Source of the DNA: Solirubrobacteraceae bacterium
Lineage (GTDB): Bacteria; Actinomycetota; Thermoleophilia; Solirubrobacterales; Solirubrobacteraceae
Reading direction: 5' to 3'
Assembly: GCA_052147535.1 (NCBI GenBank)
Contig: JBKQKK010000154.1
Coordinates: 11,595-75,594 of the forward strand
Length of the DNA: 64,000 nt
Numbering within the stretch: position 1 is the first letter of the stretch; every line of letters starts with the position of its first letter. The notes below the pieces were generated by a model that saw only the letters and a program-made list of their open reading frames with translations, made no database searches and was not told where the DNA came from. A program made the translations under genes and the position numbers. Positions 1 through 9,245 of this stretch are shown piece after piece.

Positions 1-560
1 ACGATCTGTCCGCTGCTCGTGGCGGCCGCCCAGACGTCGACGTTGTCGTTGGAGTTGACGGCGTTGGCCAGGTCCTGGCTGCTCGCGCCGGCCTTCAGCG
101 CGATCGGCTGGCCGTCGATCGTGATGCTGTCATTCGAGCTTGGGCTCGTGAACGTGAACGTGCGCTGAGCCGCGCTCGCGAGTTGGCTGACCGTCACGAC
201 TGACCCTCCGATCACGCCCCCCACGCCGCTCGCGGAGGTGGCCGTGATCAGGTCGGGATCGCTTGAGCTGACCGCCTGGGTGGGATTGAACAGCGTCGGA
301 TCTCCGACTGCCTGAGCATCGAGTTGGGCGGTGATCAGCGACGACTGGATCGAGCTGAGCGAGTTGTTCATCGTCTGCAGACCGCCACTCTGAGCCTGCA
401 TGTTCGTGATCGGCAGCTCGTACTCCTCCAACTCGGCCTGGATGATCGCGTTGGTGTTCAAGCCCGACGCCAGTCCGGTGATCTGGAGCGGACTGGTGGC
501 GCTGCCCGTCGTCAGCGTCCCTGCGGATGTTCCGATCGTGGTCGGGCTGCTGGTGGACAT
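1..560 (-). CDS. fliD: Flagellar filament cap protein FliD, N-terminal part (runs off the left edge)
   Basis: Not in the ORF track. Manual translation from ATG at 560: MSTSSPTT...LQITGLASGLNTNAIIQAELEEYELPITNMQAQ..., the FliD N-terminal motif (ITGLASGLxTxxII); GGAG RBS upstream; follows flaG. Confidence 0.9.
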   Translation of the reverse strand, partial: MSTSSPTTIGTSAGTLTTGSATSPLQITGLASGLNTNAIIQAELEEYELPITNMQAQSGGLQTMNNSLSSIQSSLITAQLDAQAVGDPTLFNPTQAVSSSDPDLITATSASGVGGVIGGSVVTVSQLASAAQRTFTFTSPSSNDSITIDGQPIALKAGASSQDLANAVNSNDNVDVWAAATSSGQI

Positions 561-576
561 GCTCGGCTCCGTTTCG

Positions 577-924
577 CTAGCTCAGATCGCCCCCGCCGGC
601 CACCTCGAGCGCCTGGCTCGGCGTGGCCGCGGAAAGGAAGTTTCCGGACAGGTCGTGCAGCTCGACCGCTAGCCGTCCGGATGGCGGGTCGATCGCAAAG
701 TGAAGGCGCCGACCGCTCGCGGCCAAATTCTTGTAGGCGGCTGCGGCCGCGACGATCGCGTCGCTGAGCTCCGGTGGGGGGCTGCCGGACAGCGTGTCCA
801 CGGCCACCGCCTCCTGGCTCGCATCCGTCTCTGACACGTCCGAGGCCGGTTGCGCGCTCCTTGCGACGCCCCGCGCCGGCGCAGGGCTCTGCGTCTGACC
901 GACCGAACCGATGTCAAAGCTCAT
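577..924 (-). CDS. flaG: FlaG-family flagellar protein
   Basis: 115 aa; C-terminal GRRLHFAIDPPSGRLAVELHDLSGNFL matches the FlaG pattern; directly upstream of fliD; AAGGAGA RBS. Confidence 0.7.
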   Translation of the reverse strand: MSFDIGSVGQTQSPAPARGVARSAQPASDVSETDASQEAVAVDTLSGSPPPELSDAIVAAAAAYKNLAASGRRLHFAIDPPSGRLAVELHDLSGNFLSAATPSQALEVAGGGDLS

Positions 925-996
925 CGACTGCTGTCTCCTTGAATTGCGCCTGCTGCTGGCGGTCGCCGAAATAGCCCGTTACCTTCCTCATACACA

Positions 997-1023
997 TAAT
1001 CGCTGCCGTTCGTCGGAACTTGA
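997..1023 (-). promoter_or_regulatory. Sigma-28 (FliA)-type promoter for flaG-fliD
   Basis: Minus strand TCAAGTTC-N11-AGCGATTA versus consensus TAAAGTTT-N11-GCCGATAA; exact 11-nt spacer, weaker -10. Confidence 0.6.
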
Positions 1024-1055
1024 GCGATTTTCGGGACTGTCGGCGGGAGCTACGA

Positions 1056-3533
1056 TCAGAGGGTGGCCTGCATCGAGCGGGTTGATCGGATGATCTGCGT
1101 GGCCGCGATGCAGCTTGGATCCAGCACCAAAGCGCGGCTCGCAAAAGTCTGCGCTGGATCCGGCTGGCCGTTGGCGAGCGACACGCGGGCGAGCCCGAGC
1201 AATGCGCGGGCATCAGGGGCTTCGTTGACGACCGCCATCCACTCCTGGGCGGCGGAGCGAAGGAAGCCCCGGCGGAGATAAATCCGTCCGAGCAGCTCTC
1301 GCTGCTCCCGGACCGGCAGACCGGACCGGGTCACTTGTGGAAGCACCGTCGCGAAGTTCTCGAAGTCCTGAACACGCAGCAGCGCCTCAAGGATCGTTTC
1401 CAGCAGCTTCCAGGCGGCCAGCGGCACGCTCTGTGGAGCGGAGGCACCCGTGCGCAGCCCCAGCCAGCTTCCGAACAGGGCGAGCTCGGCGTCCTGCATC
1501 CCGGCTTGCGCGGCACGGCCAAGTGCGTCACTAGCGTTGCCGAACTCGCCTGCGGCGATCCAGCCGAACAGTTCGCTGCGTGCGGCAACCACCAGGAGCG
1601 GGCTATCCGCGTCCAGTCGCGCGGCCTCCGCGGCGCCGTCGGCGTAACGCCGTTGGTAAAGGAGCGCTTCACTGAGCGCGATCCGTGCCTGACCGCTGTG
1701 GGGCTGACGTTCGAGCAGCAAGCGGTATTGTGCCTCCGCCGCGGTGGCGTGTCCATTCTCGAACAGCGCTGTACCGAGCCGGAAACGCACCGTCGGAGTG
1801 ATGCGTGGAACGCAACGCTCGATCTCAGCGATCACGTCCTCGCTGCTCGATCCCGTGCGCAGGAGCGCCGACGCATATGGCAGGATAAAGCCGAAGAACT
1901 CCGGGTGATTGTCGGCGCACCACCGCAGCAGCTCGAGCGCTCGAGCGACTTCGCCTCTGCTCACGTGGAGGTCGGCGAGGGAGAGCCGCGGCATGTACGT
2001 GCCGCTCCCGACCGTGGCCGCATATACGGCTGGGGCGTCGCCCATCTCGATGCACTTCTCCCAGTACCCGATCGCGTCGTCGATCCGGTTCATTTTGAAG
2101 CTGGCGTATCCCTGCTCGAGCACCAGGTCCGTGTAGCCAGGAAACAACTCGAGACCCTCCGCAGCGCGGTCGATTGCGTCCTGGTGGCGCCCGCACGCGC
2201 GCAGCGTCTTCACCATGCGCGCGAACAGCGTGGACGTGTAGTCGCTGAGACGGCCCTCCGGTAAGCTCTTGACCATCATCCAAGATTGCTCGAACTCCCG
2301 CAACGCGGATCCGAAATCATTGATTGCGTAATACTCGGAGCCCAGGTTGAAGTGCAAGAACGCGGTGGGCGGGCTGTCCGCCTTTTGGGCGAGCAACAGT
2401 TCGATGTTGCGCCGCTCCTTCTCTTTTGCGTTGCGCACCACGCCGAGATACCCGTAGTGGTCGATCCTCACGTTGGCGTGGTGGATCCGCTCCGGCAGGT
2501 ATACCGGCAACTGCTCGGCGATCTGCTCGTGCAGACGACCGCTGAAGCGATAATTGGGCCGGTTGCGGAATACTCGCAAAGCACTGTGAGTCATCGCAGT
2601 GCCCCAATCCTCCTCGCCCGTGAAGTTTGTCTCCAGAAGGTGGAAGGCCTCGCGCCAGGTCTGGCCGGTGAGCGCGCGCAATCGGTCGACGTCCTCGGCA
2701 ATCAGCACCTCGTCGGCGTCCAGGTACAGCAGCCAGTCCCCAGTGGCCTGCTCGAAGGACACGTTGCGTGCCTCGGAGAACGATCCGGTCCACTCTCGCT
2801 CGATCACCCGCGCTCCGAACGACCGCGCGATTTCGATCGTGCGGTCTTGCGAGCCGGTGTCGACGATCACGATCTCGTCGACCGCTGGCGCCACCGCCGC
2901 GAGGCAGCGCGGCAGCATCGCCTCCTCGTCGCGGACGATCATGCACAGGCTGAGGGTCAGGCCCGTCGCGGGATGAGCGCGCTGGGCTACGGTTCTTGCT
3001 CGACGCGCGAGCTGAGCCGGCGCGCCGTGGAGCGGTCGGTTCGGGCGACCCGGGCCGCGCTTGCGTCGCTTGCACTCGGCGATGTTGCGCCGGAGGTGCG
3101 GCACTGTTGGATCGAGCCGGTTCGCGGCAACGAACAGCGATTGCGCCGCATCGAGGCTCCACAGCTCATACAGCGCAACGCCGGCATAGTTGAGCAGCAC
3201 GGGCTCGGCGGGGTCCGCTTCGAGCACCGCCACAGCCGCCGTCGCTACCTCGAGCAGGATCTCGGCGGCCTGCCTGGCCGGCGTTCGCCCGGCGGCGTCG
3301 AACCCGTGTTCGATCAGCTGCTTGCGCGCGTAATAGCGCTTGCTCGGGTCCTCGATCGTGTTCGCCTGATCGAAGCATTCGTGGTAGCCGCCGAAGCGTC
3401 CCCCGTTCAGTGCTGCCTTCGCGCTGGCGATCAATGGGTCGACCAATGCGTTGACGGCGTGAGGGCCGGCGCTGGATGGCGGACAGCTGGACGCCGCGGT
3501 GGCCAGCGATGTTGTGGTGAGGCGGAGCGCCAT
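1056..3533 (-). CDS. GT2 glycosyltransferase with TPR-like repeats (candidate flagellar glycosylation enzyme)
   Basis: LSLCMIVRDEEAMLPRCL, IVIVDTGSQD, WLLYLDADE, FSGRLHEQI, HYGY motifs of GT2; helical TPR-like flanks; inside the flagellar cluster. Confidence 0.88.
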   Translation of the reverse strand: MALRLTTTSLATAASSCPPSSAGPHAVNALVDPLIASAKAALNGGRFGGYHECFDQANTIEDPSKRYYARKQLIEHGFDAAGRTPARQAAEILLEVATAAVAVLEADPAEPVLLNYAGVALYELWSLDAAQSLFVAANRLDPTVPHLRRNIAECKRRKRGPGRPNRPLHGAPAQLARRARTVAQRAHPATGLTLSLCMIVRDEEAMLPRCLAAVAPAVDEIVIVDTGSQDRTIEIARSFGARVIEREWTGSFSEARNVSFEQATGDWLLYLDADEVLIAEDVDRLRALTGQTWREAFHLLETNFTGEEDWGTAMTHSALRVFRNRPNYRFSGRLHEQIAEQLPVYLPERIHHANVRIDHYGYLGVVRNAKEKERRNIELLLAQKADSPPTAFLHFNLGSEYYAINDFGSALREFEQSWMMVKSLPEGRLSDYTSTLFARMVKTLRACGRHQDAIDRAAEGLELFPGYTDLVLEQGYASFKMNRIDDAIGYWEKCIEMGDAPAVYAATVGSGTYMPRLSLADLHVSRGEVARALELLRWCADNHPEFFGFILPYASALLRTGSSSEDVIAEIERCVPRITPTVRFRLGTALFENGHATAAEAQYRLLLERQPHSGQARIALSEALLYQRRYADGAAEAARLDADSPLLVVAARSELFGWIAAGEFGNASDALGRAAQAGMQDAELALFGSWLGLRTGASAPQSVPLAAWKLLETILEALLRVQDFENFATVLPQVTRSGLPVREQRELLGRIYLRRGFLRSAAQEWMAVVNEAPDARALLGLARVSLANGQPDPAQTFASRALVLDPSCIAATQIIRSTRSMQATL

Positions 3534-3564
3534 GCGAGGGAACCTCCGAGTTGGGGCATCCCTG

Positions 3565-3591
3565 TGATCGGCAGCTCGCCGCAGATCCTGA
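3565..3591 (-). promoter_or_regulatory. Sigma-28-type promoter for the glycosyltransferase
   Basis: Minus strand TCAGGATC-N11-GCCGATCA, 31 nt upstream of the ATG, GGAGG RBS between. Confidence 0.7.
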
Positions 3592-3797
3592 ATCCCGGCT
3601 CCAACGGCTGAGCTCTGAGCGGGCGATGGCGGACACTCAGCCGTCGGCCCGCTCGGTGCAACGAGCCATCGGTATCGGAGTGCCTTGCGGACGACGATCT
3701 GGACGTGAAGCTAGACGAATGTTGCTTAACGCGAGGACGCGCGCTGGCCGATATGTGGTGCGACTCGTCCAACGGAGTGGTGTCCAAGGAGCAGTAA

Positions 3798-4604
3798 GTG
3801 ACGCAGGTCAAGACCAGACGGGCGTCTAGCGAATCCGTCCAGAAGCTGTGGGAGCAGTACCGCGCATCGGGGGACGCGCGTCTACGCGACCAGCTTGTTC
3901 TGACGCTCGCGCCGATGGTCAAGTACATCGTTTACCGCAAGGTTCGTGAGATCCCGGCGCGGTGTGAAGTCGAGGACTTTATCTCCTGCGGTCTCGAGGC
4001 GCTGCTGCGATCGATCGATCGCTATGACCCGGCGCGTGGCGCAACGCTCGAGCAGTATTCGTGGACGCGGATCCACGGCGCCGTGCTCGATGAGCTGCGT
4101 CGCAACGATTGGGCGCCTCGCTCGCTGCGGCGCTGGGAGCGCGACATCTCTCGCGCGCGTGAACGCTTCATCGCCCTGCACGGGCGCGCTCCGACGCGCG
4201 CCGAACTGGGCGAGGCCGTCGGTCTCACGCCTGCCGAGCTGGACAAGTGGCTCGAGGACATCGGGCGCTCTGATATCGGCTCGCTGAACGTGCTCGTGAT
4301 GGGGGAGGATGACACGACCACCGAGCGGATCGACACGATCGCCAGCGGGAACGCAGACGCTGACCCGGAACGCAGGGCGATGCGCGACAGCGCCAAGGAG
4401 CGTTTCCGCGTCGCTTTCGAAACCCTTCCGGAGCGCGAGCGGCAGGTGGCTGTGCTCCTGTACGTGCACAACCTGACCCTGCGCGAGATCGGCGAGGCGC
4501 TGGGTGTCACGGAGAGTCGCGTCTGCCAGATCCACAGCGCTCTGCGCCGGCGTCTGCGCGAGAAGCTCGCTGCCGACGATCAGCTGTTTAGCGAGGTCGC
4601 GTAG
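3798..4604 (+). CDS. fliA: FliA/WhiG-family sigma factor (sigma-28)
   Basis: RDQLV..LAPMVKYIV, GAVLDELRRNDWAPRSLR, LTLREIGEALGVTESRVCQIHS; AAGGAG RBS before GTG. Confidence 0.95.
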   Translation: MTQVKTRRASSESVQKLWEQYRASGDARLRDQLVLTLAPMVKYIVYRKVREIPARCEVEDFISCGLEALLRSIDRYDPARGATLEQYSWTRIHGAVLDELRRNDWAPRSLRRWERDISRARERFIALHGRAPTRAELGEAVGLTPAELDKWLEDIGRSDIGSLNVLVMGEDDTTTERIDTIASGNADADPERRAMRDSAKERFRVAFETLPERERQVAVLLYVHNLTLREIGEALGVTESRVCQIHSALRRRLREKLAADDQLFSEVA

Positions 4605-4875
4605 CGTCGAGCCGGTAGGCCCAGGCGAGCGCCTCGGCCACCGCGCGGTACATCTCCTCTGGTACCTCGCTGCCGAGGTCGAGCAAAGCGAGCGCCTTTG
4701 CGAGGGCGGGATCCGACTTGACCGGAATGCCCAGTTCGCGGGCCACTTCGACGATCCGGGCGGCAACATAGCCACTGCCGCTGGCGGTGATCCTGGGCGC
4801 GTTATCGCCACTGTCGTAACGCAGCGCGGCTGCCCGCCTGATTGGTTGGATGCGTCGTTCGCGAGGCTCAGGCAT
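4588..4875 (-). CDS. Stand-alone FlhB C-terminal-domain protein (EscU/YscU/HrcU family, YlqH-like)
   Basis: From ATG 4875: AAALRYDSGDNAPRITASGSGYVAARIVEVARELGIPV..DPALAKAL..LDLGSEVPEEMYRAVAEALAWAY. The 5304 start in the ORF track overlaps the upstream gene. Confidence 0.85.
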   Translation of the reverse strand: MPEPRERRIQPIRRAAALRYDSGDNAPRITASGSGYVAARIVEVARELGIPVKSDPALAKALALLDLGSEVPEEMYRAVAEALAWAYRLDATRPR

Positions 4876-5458
4876 AAATCTCCACCGGGTTGCGGCGGGG
4901 TCGGACTGAGACCGTAATCGTCCGTTGCAGCGCCGCCGACAGCGCTTGGCGCAAGTCATCGGAAGCGTCCTGGGCGCGCTCGTAGGGCTCGCCGGCGCTG
5001 AGCTCCAGTTGTAGCTTGAGCGAGGCGGGGTCCAGAACGAACCGCATCTCCACGGCGCCGAGCGATGGTGCCTCGTACACGAGCGTGAGCGTGTGCACGA
5101 CCGTTTCGTCTGCGCCGCTGCCGCTCGCGGACTCGGTGCGCTCCCTGACCTCCAGCGTCGCGCCTCCGGGCAGCGGCGTCGGGACGGGCTGATCGAGGAC
5201 CACCGGCCGCTCGTGCAGCGCGAGCACGACTCGCTCCGGAGTGAGCTCCCGCACCTGGAGGCGGATCTCCTGTCCGGGCACGAGGCCGGCGGGGAGATCG
5301 GCATCGAGCAGCGCTCCGGCTAGGCTGATCGTCCCGCGGCCGCCGGCCTCGACGCTCGCGACGCGCGCCGCGAGCATCCGCCCGACCGACAGTCGGAGAT
5401 CGCCGACCATCATCGAGCGCAGGAGCTGGAGATCGACTGCAAGCGCTTCCATTGGCAT
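4868..5458 (-). CDS. Short FliK-like hook-length-control C-terminal-domain protein
   Basis: LTLVYEAPSLGAVEMRFVL pattern of FliK-C domains; fliK-C followed by FlhB-C is a known gene pairing; start may be 5452. Confidence 0.6.
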   Translation of the reverse strand: MPMEALAVDLQLLRSMMVGDLRLSVGRMLAARVASVEAGGRGTISLAGALLDADLPAGLVPGQEIRLQVRELTPERVVLALHERPVVLDQPVPTPLPGGATLEVRERTESASGSGADETVVHTLTLVYEAPSLGAVEMRFVLDPASLKLQLELSAGEPYERAQDASDDLRQALSAALQRTITVSVRPRRNPVEIYA

Positions 5459-5462
5459 GTAC

Positions 5463-5489
5463 TAAAGAATGATGCATCGCGGCCGACTT
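5463..5489 (+). promoter_or_regulatory. Sigma-28-type promoter for the flgF-flgG-flgN-flgK-flgL-fliW-csrA run
   Basis: TAAAGAAT-N11-GCCGACTT; the ATG at 5498 follows 8 nt later with no RBS. Confidence 0.7.
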
Positions 5490-5497
5490 ACAAGGCA

Positions 5498-6193
5498 ATG
5501 GACGTCGGTCTTTACATCGCCGCTCAGGGGATGCTCGCTGAGCAAGCCCGCCAGGACAACCTGGCCAACGATCTGGCGAACGCCTCGACCCCCGGCTACA
5601 AGGCGACGACCGCTGTTCAGCAGAGCTTCGGGGCGATTCTCCTGTCCAACGCGCAAAACGGCCAGGCGGTCGGGACGATCGATACCGGTGTGAGGATCGC
5701 CAAGCAGGTCGTCGACCTGGCGCCTGCGCCGCTGCAGGCAACTGGCGACCCGCTCGATTTCGCGATCGCGGGATCCGGATTCTTCGCCGTGCGGACGGCG
5801 CAGGGTGTGCAGTACACGCGCAACGGGCAGTTCAGCTCGAGCAGCCAGGGGTTGCTGGTGGACCAGTACGGCGATCAGGTCCTAGCTCAGAACGGCGCAC
5901 CGATCGCAGTGGGCGCGAAAGGCACGGTGCCGACTTCGGCGCTCGGCGTGTTCAACGTTCCAAACGCGAAGGAGATCGGCAATAACAACTTCACCGGCGC
6001 CGCGGGCGGCGCGGCGACCGGAACCGTCGAGTCGGGCCAGCTCGAGCAGTCGAGTGTCGATCCGATCGAGACGTTGATCGGGATGACCTCATCGCTGCAG
6101 GCTTACCAGGCCGGCCAGAAGGCAATCGAGACGATCAGCCAGGCGATGGCGCAGTCGGCTGGAACAGTCGGACTGATACCGGGAGGAGCCTGA
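5498..6193 (+). CDS. Flagellar basal-body rod protein, FlgF/FlhO-like
   Basis: LANDLANASTPGYK, TGDPLDFAIAGSGFFAV, YTRNGQF, GQLEQSSVD. Confidence 0.9.
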   Translation: MDVGLYIAAQGMLAEQARQDNLANDLANASTPGYKATTAVQQSFGAILLSNAQNGQAVGTIDTGVRIAKQVVDLAPAPLQATGDPLDFAIAGSGFFAVRTAQGVQYTRNGQFSSSSQGLLVDQYGDQVLAQNGAPIAVGAKGTVPTSALGVFNVPNAKEIGNNNFTGAAGGAATGTVESGQLEQSSVDPIETLIGMTSSLQAYQAGQKAIETISQAMAQSAGTVGLIPGGA

Positions 6194-6195
6194 TC

Positions 6196-6930
6196 ATGCT
6201 CGCAGGACTGTACGCAGCCGCCTCCGGGATGGAGGCGCAGCAGACACAGATGGATGCGCTGTCGAACGACATCGCCAACGCCGATACGCCCGGCTATCAG
6301 TCGACGGTGGTGGGCTTCAGCGACCTGCTGTCCACGAGCGGCGGTTACAGCGGCGCAGATCCGGCCCCGACAGGCACCGGAGCGGTGGCCAAGCTGATTG
6401 GTTACAGCCAGGCTCAGGGGCCGATTGCGCCGACCGGCCAGCCGCTGGACGTGGCGATCGAAGGGCAGGGCTACATCGAGGTCCGCCAGGCGAACGGCAC
6501 GATCGGCCTGACACGTAACGGCACGCTCCAGCTCAACGCCCGCGGCCAGCTCACGACCAACCTCGGAATGCCGCTGTCGCCCTCGATCACGGTGCCGCCG
6601 GGCACCTCGCCTTCGCAGCTGAGGATTGGTTCGGATGGGGTCGTGTCGGTGGGCGGGCGCAAGATCGGGACGATCAACCTCGTGAGCGTTCCCGCGCCGG
6701 ATCAGATGCTTGCTAGTGGCGGTGGCGTGTTCAGCGCGACCGCTGCGAGCGGGGCGATCAAGCGCGTAACCGGGACGACGCTGCAGCAGGGATCGCTCGA
6801 GCAGTCAAACGTCGACCTCGACGAGGCGATGACGACGATGATGATGGCTCAGCAGGGCTATGACCTCGCCAGCAAGGCAATCTCCTATGAGCAGCAGATG
6901 GGCCAGATCGCGTCCACCGTCAAGCAATGA
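6196..6930 (+). CDS. flgG: Flagellar basal-body rod protein FlgG-like
   Basis: LSNDIANADTPGY, TGQPLDVAIEGQGYIEV, LTRNGTL, QGSLEQSNVDL. Confidence 0.85.
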   Translation: MLAGLYAAASGMEAQQTQMDALSNDIANADTPGYQSTVVGFSDLLSTSGGYSGADPAPTGTGAVAKLIGYSQAQGPIAPTGQPLDVAIEGQGYIEVRQANGTIGLTRNGTLQLNARGQLTTNLGMPLSPSITVPPGTSPSQLRIGSDGVVSVGGRKIGTINLVSVPAPDQMLASGGGVFSATAASGAIKRVTGTTLQQGSLEQSNVDLDEAMTTMMMAQQGYDLASKAISYEQQMGQIASTVKQ

Positions 6931-7352
6931 GCTTGATCTCGCCAACCGCCGCTGCAACCGCCGCGCAGCTCAGCTCGACCGGCGTGGCGCCGATCAGCGA
7001 CGGCGACCTGCCAGCGAGCGTCCGCAACGGCTCGCCGGCCGCCAAGCAGGCTTATGCCGAGGGGCTCGCGTTCGAGCAGGTGCTCGTCAACGAGCTCGCC
7101 CAGCAGCTCACCGCCACCGTGTCCGGCAGCGACAGCGACAGCGACGGCAGCTCGACGGACGCTACCGCCGACGGCGGTAACGATGGCACGAGCGACGCGA
7201 CGACCGGATTGCTCGGCTCGGACCCGGCCGGCAGCCTGTACGCGAGTCTGATCCCACAGGCGCTGAGCGACAGCATCATGTCGAGCGGCGGCCTCGGTAT
7301 CGCCTCGGAGATCGCGGGGGCCCTCGATCCAACTCTGGAGGGTAAGTCGTGA
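6927..7352 (+). CDS. Rod-binding (FlgJ N-terminal-like) protein
   Basis: AFEQVLVNEL...YASLIPQALSDSIMSSGGLGIASEI; no muramidase domain. Confidence 0.75.
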   Translation: MSLISPTAAATAAQLSSTGVAPISDGDLPASVRNGSPAAKQAYAEGLAFEQVLVNELAQQLTATVSGSDSDSDGSSTDATADGGNDGTSDATTGLLGSDPAGSLYASLIPQALSDSIMSSGGLGIASEIAGALDPTLEGKS

Positions 7353-7882
7353 GCGCCGTCGCCGACCCTCGGTCCGGCGACCTGCTGTTCACCGGTGACG
7401 TGCTGGAGCACCTCAATGCCCAGCTCGCGGCGGCACGGCATCTGCTCGGCCTGGTGCTCGAGCAGGGCGCGGCGATCAGGCGCCGGGACGTGCAGCAGGT
7501 CGTGCGTCTTGCGGGCATGCTGCAAGCGGAGATGGAGCGTCGCCACCTGTTGGAGGAGGTGCGGATGCGCTTGCTGCGCCGCGCCGGAGAGAAGCTTGCG
7601 ATGGCGCCAGAGCTGGTGACGCTGACGATGCTCGAGGGGTTGATGGAGCGGGACGCCGCCGGCGACACGCGCCGGCGCAGCGCGGAGCTGCGCGGGCTAT
7701 TGGTCGAGATCCAGCGTGAGCACACCATCAATCGCACGCTGATGGCCCAGGAGCTCGCGTTTCTCGATCACCTACTCCGTCTGACCAACGGCGCCGGCGG
7801 CTACGGCGCCGGGGGCGACCATGCCTCGACCGGCACGCCTGGCGGTGTCATGCGCAGACGAGTGTTCGACGTGGAGGCCTAG
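7349..7882 (+). CDS. flgN: FlgN-family export chaperone
   Basis: Helical 177 aa with EHTINRTLMAQELAFLDHLL; directly before flgK. Confidence 0.8.
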   Translation: MSAVADPRSGDLLFTGDVLEHLNAQLAAARHLLGLVLEQGAAIRRRDVQQVVRLAGMLQAEMERRHLLEEVRMRLLRRAGEKLAMAPELVTLTMLEGLMERDAAGDTRRRSAELRGLLVEIQREHTINRTLMAQELAFLDHLLRLTNGAGGYGAGGDHASTGTPGGVMRRRVFDVEA

Positions 7883-7886
7883 GCGC

Positions 7887-9245
7887 TTGTACATCTCGAC
7901 TTTCACGCCGTTGCAGTCAGCGCTCAGCGGGATCGAGGTCGCCCAGCAGGAGTTGGATACGACCAGCAACAATATCGGGAACGCCGACACGCCTGGATAC
8001 ACGGAGGAGTCGGTCAACCTGTCAGCGGCGCTGCCACTGACGATCGCCGGCCCCAACGGCGCCGGCATGCAGGTCGGCACCGGCGTCGACGCCGACTCGA
8101 TCGCCAGCGCCCGCAGCCAGTATCTGGATACCTCTTATCGCGCCCAGAACGGTGCTTCCAACTACGCCTCGACCGAGCAGACCTACATCAATCAGGCGCA
8201 GTCGGCCCTGGACGAACCGTCGACCAGCGGCATCTCCACCCAGCTGCAGACGTTTTGGAGCTCATGGAACAGTCTCGCCAACAACCCGAACAGCACTGCC
8301 GCCAAGCAGGCGGTGGTGAGCGACGGACAAGCACTGGTGAGCGCGATCCAGCAGCTCAATGGAGAGCTCTCGCCCGCCGATCCGACTGATCCCTCGTCGG
8401 TCCAGAGTCAGGCCACGACCCAGTACAACACGCTCACGGGCAGCGGTGGTCAGGTCGAGAGTGACGCGCAGGCGATCGCCACTCTGTACCCCGAGATCCA
8501 GCAGGCGACCGCGGCGGGGGAGAACCCCAACGATCTGCAGGACAAGTACAACCAGGCGCTGGACGATCTCTCCTCGCTGGCGAACGTGTCTGTCCAGACC
8601 GACCAGACCGGGACCGTCAGCGTCTACTTCGGTGACGCCAGCTCGCCACTGGTCAGCGTCACGTCCACGGGCCAGTCGACGGTCGACTGGCCCCAGACGC
8701 TGACCTCTGCGGCAGGCGGGACGCTCGGAGCGCTGATGGACCTGACCGACGACTCAACCCCGGGGCCGATCGCCGGATACCAGCAACAGCTCAACACTTT
8801 TGCTCAGGATCTGGCCGACAGCGTCAACAGCTTGTCGCCCAGCCAGCCGTTCTTCACCTACGACCAGTCCGACGATGCGGCCGCCACGCTAGCTGTCGAC
8901 CCGACGGTGGTCAGCGACCCAAGCCAGGTCCAATCCTCGTCCACCGATGGTGCCGCTGGTGACGTGGCCGCGTCGATCTCCAACCTGAGCGGCGGCGAGG
9001 CCGATCAGGACTACGCCGGACTGGTCGCGATGATCGGGAGCGGCGCACAGTCGGCCGACAGCAACGCGACGATGCAGCAGGCGCTGAGCACTGCGATCAG
9101 CAATCAGCGCCAGAGCGTCGAGGGCGTCGATCTTTCACAGGAGGAAACCAACGTGATCCAGGAGCAGCAGGCCTACCAGGCCTCGGCTCAGGTCATGAAC
9201 GTGTTCAACACGATGATCAATACGCTGATCGAGCAGGTCGGCTGA
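7887..9245 (+). CDS. flgK: Hook-associated protein FlgK
   Basis: TTG start with GGAGG RBS; SALSGIEVAQQELDTTSNNIGNADTPGY and QRQSVEGVDLSQEETNVIQEQQAYQASAQVM. Confidence 0.95.
   Translation: MYISTFTPLQSALSGIEVAQQELDTTSNNIGNADTPGYTEESVNLSAALPLTIAGPNGAGMQVGTGVDADSIASARSQYLDTSYRAQNGASNYASTEQTYINQAQSALDEPSTSGISTQLQTFWSSWNSLANNPNSTAAKQAVVSDGQALVSAIQQLNGELSPADPTDPSSVQSQATTQYNTLTGSGGQVESDAQAIATLYPEIQQATAAGENPNDLQDKYNQALDDLSSLANVSVQTDQTGTVSVYFGDASSPLVSVTSTGQSTVDWPQTLTSAAGGTLGALMDLTDDSTPGPIAGYQQQLNTFAQDLADSVNSLSPSQPFFTYDQSDDAAATLAVDPTVVSDPSQVQSSSTDGAAGDVAASISNLSGGEADQDYAGLVAMIGSGAQSADSNATMQQALSTAISNQRQSVEGVDLSQEETNVIQEQQAYQASAQVMNVFNTMINTLIEQVG

Noticed and set aside
2286-3611. Long antisense or alternative-frame ORFs in the track (for example 2286-3611 +, 14533-16128 -, 41700-42875 +, 55110-56342 -, 61365-62564 -)
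   Set aside because: Shadow ORFs opposite well-supported genes; expected in high-GC DNA; no motifs and Arg/Pro-biased composition.
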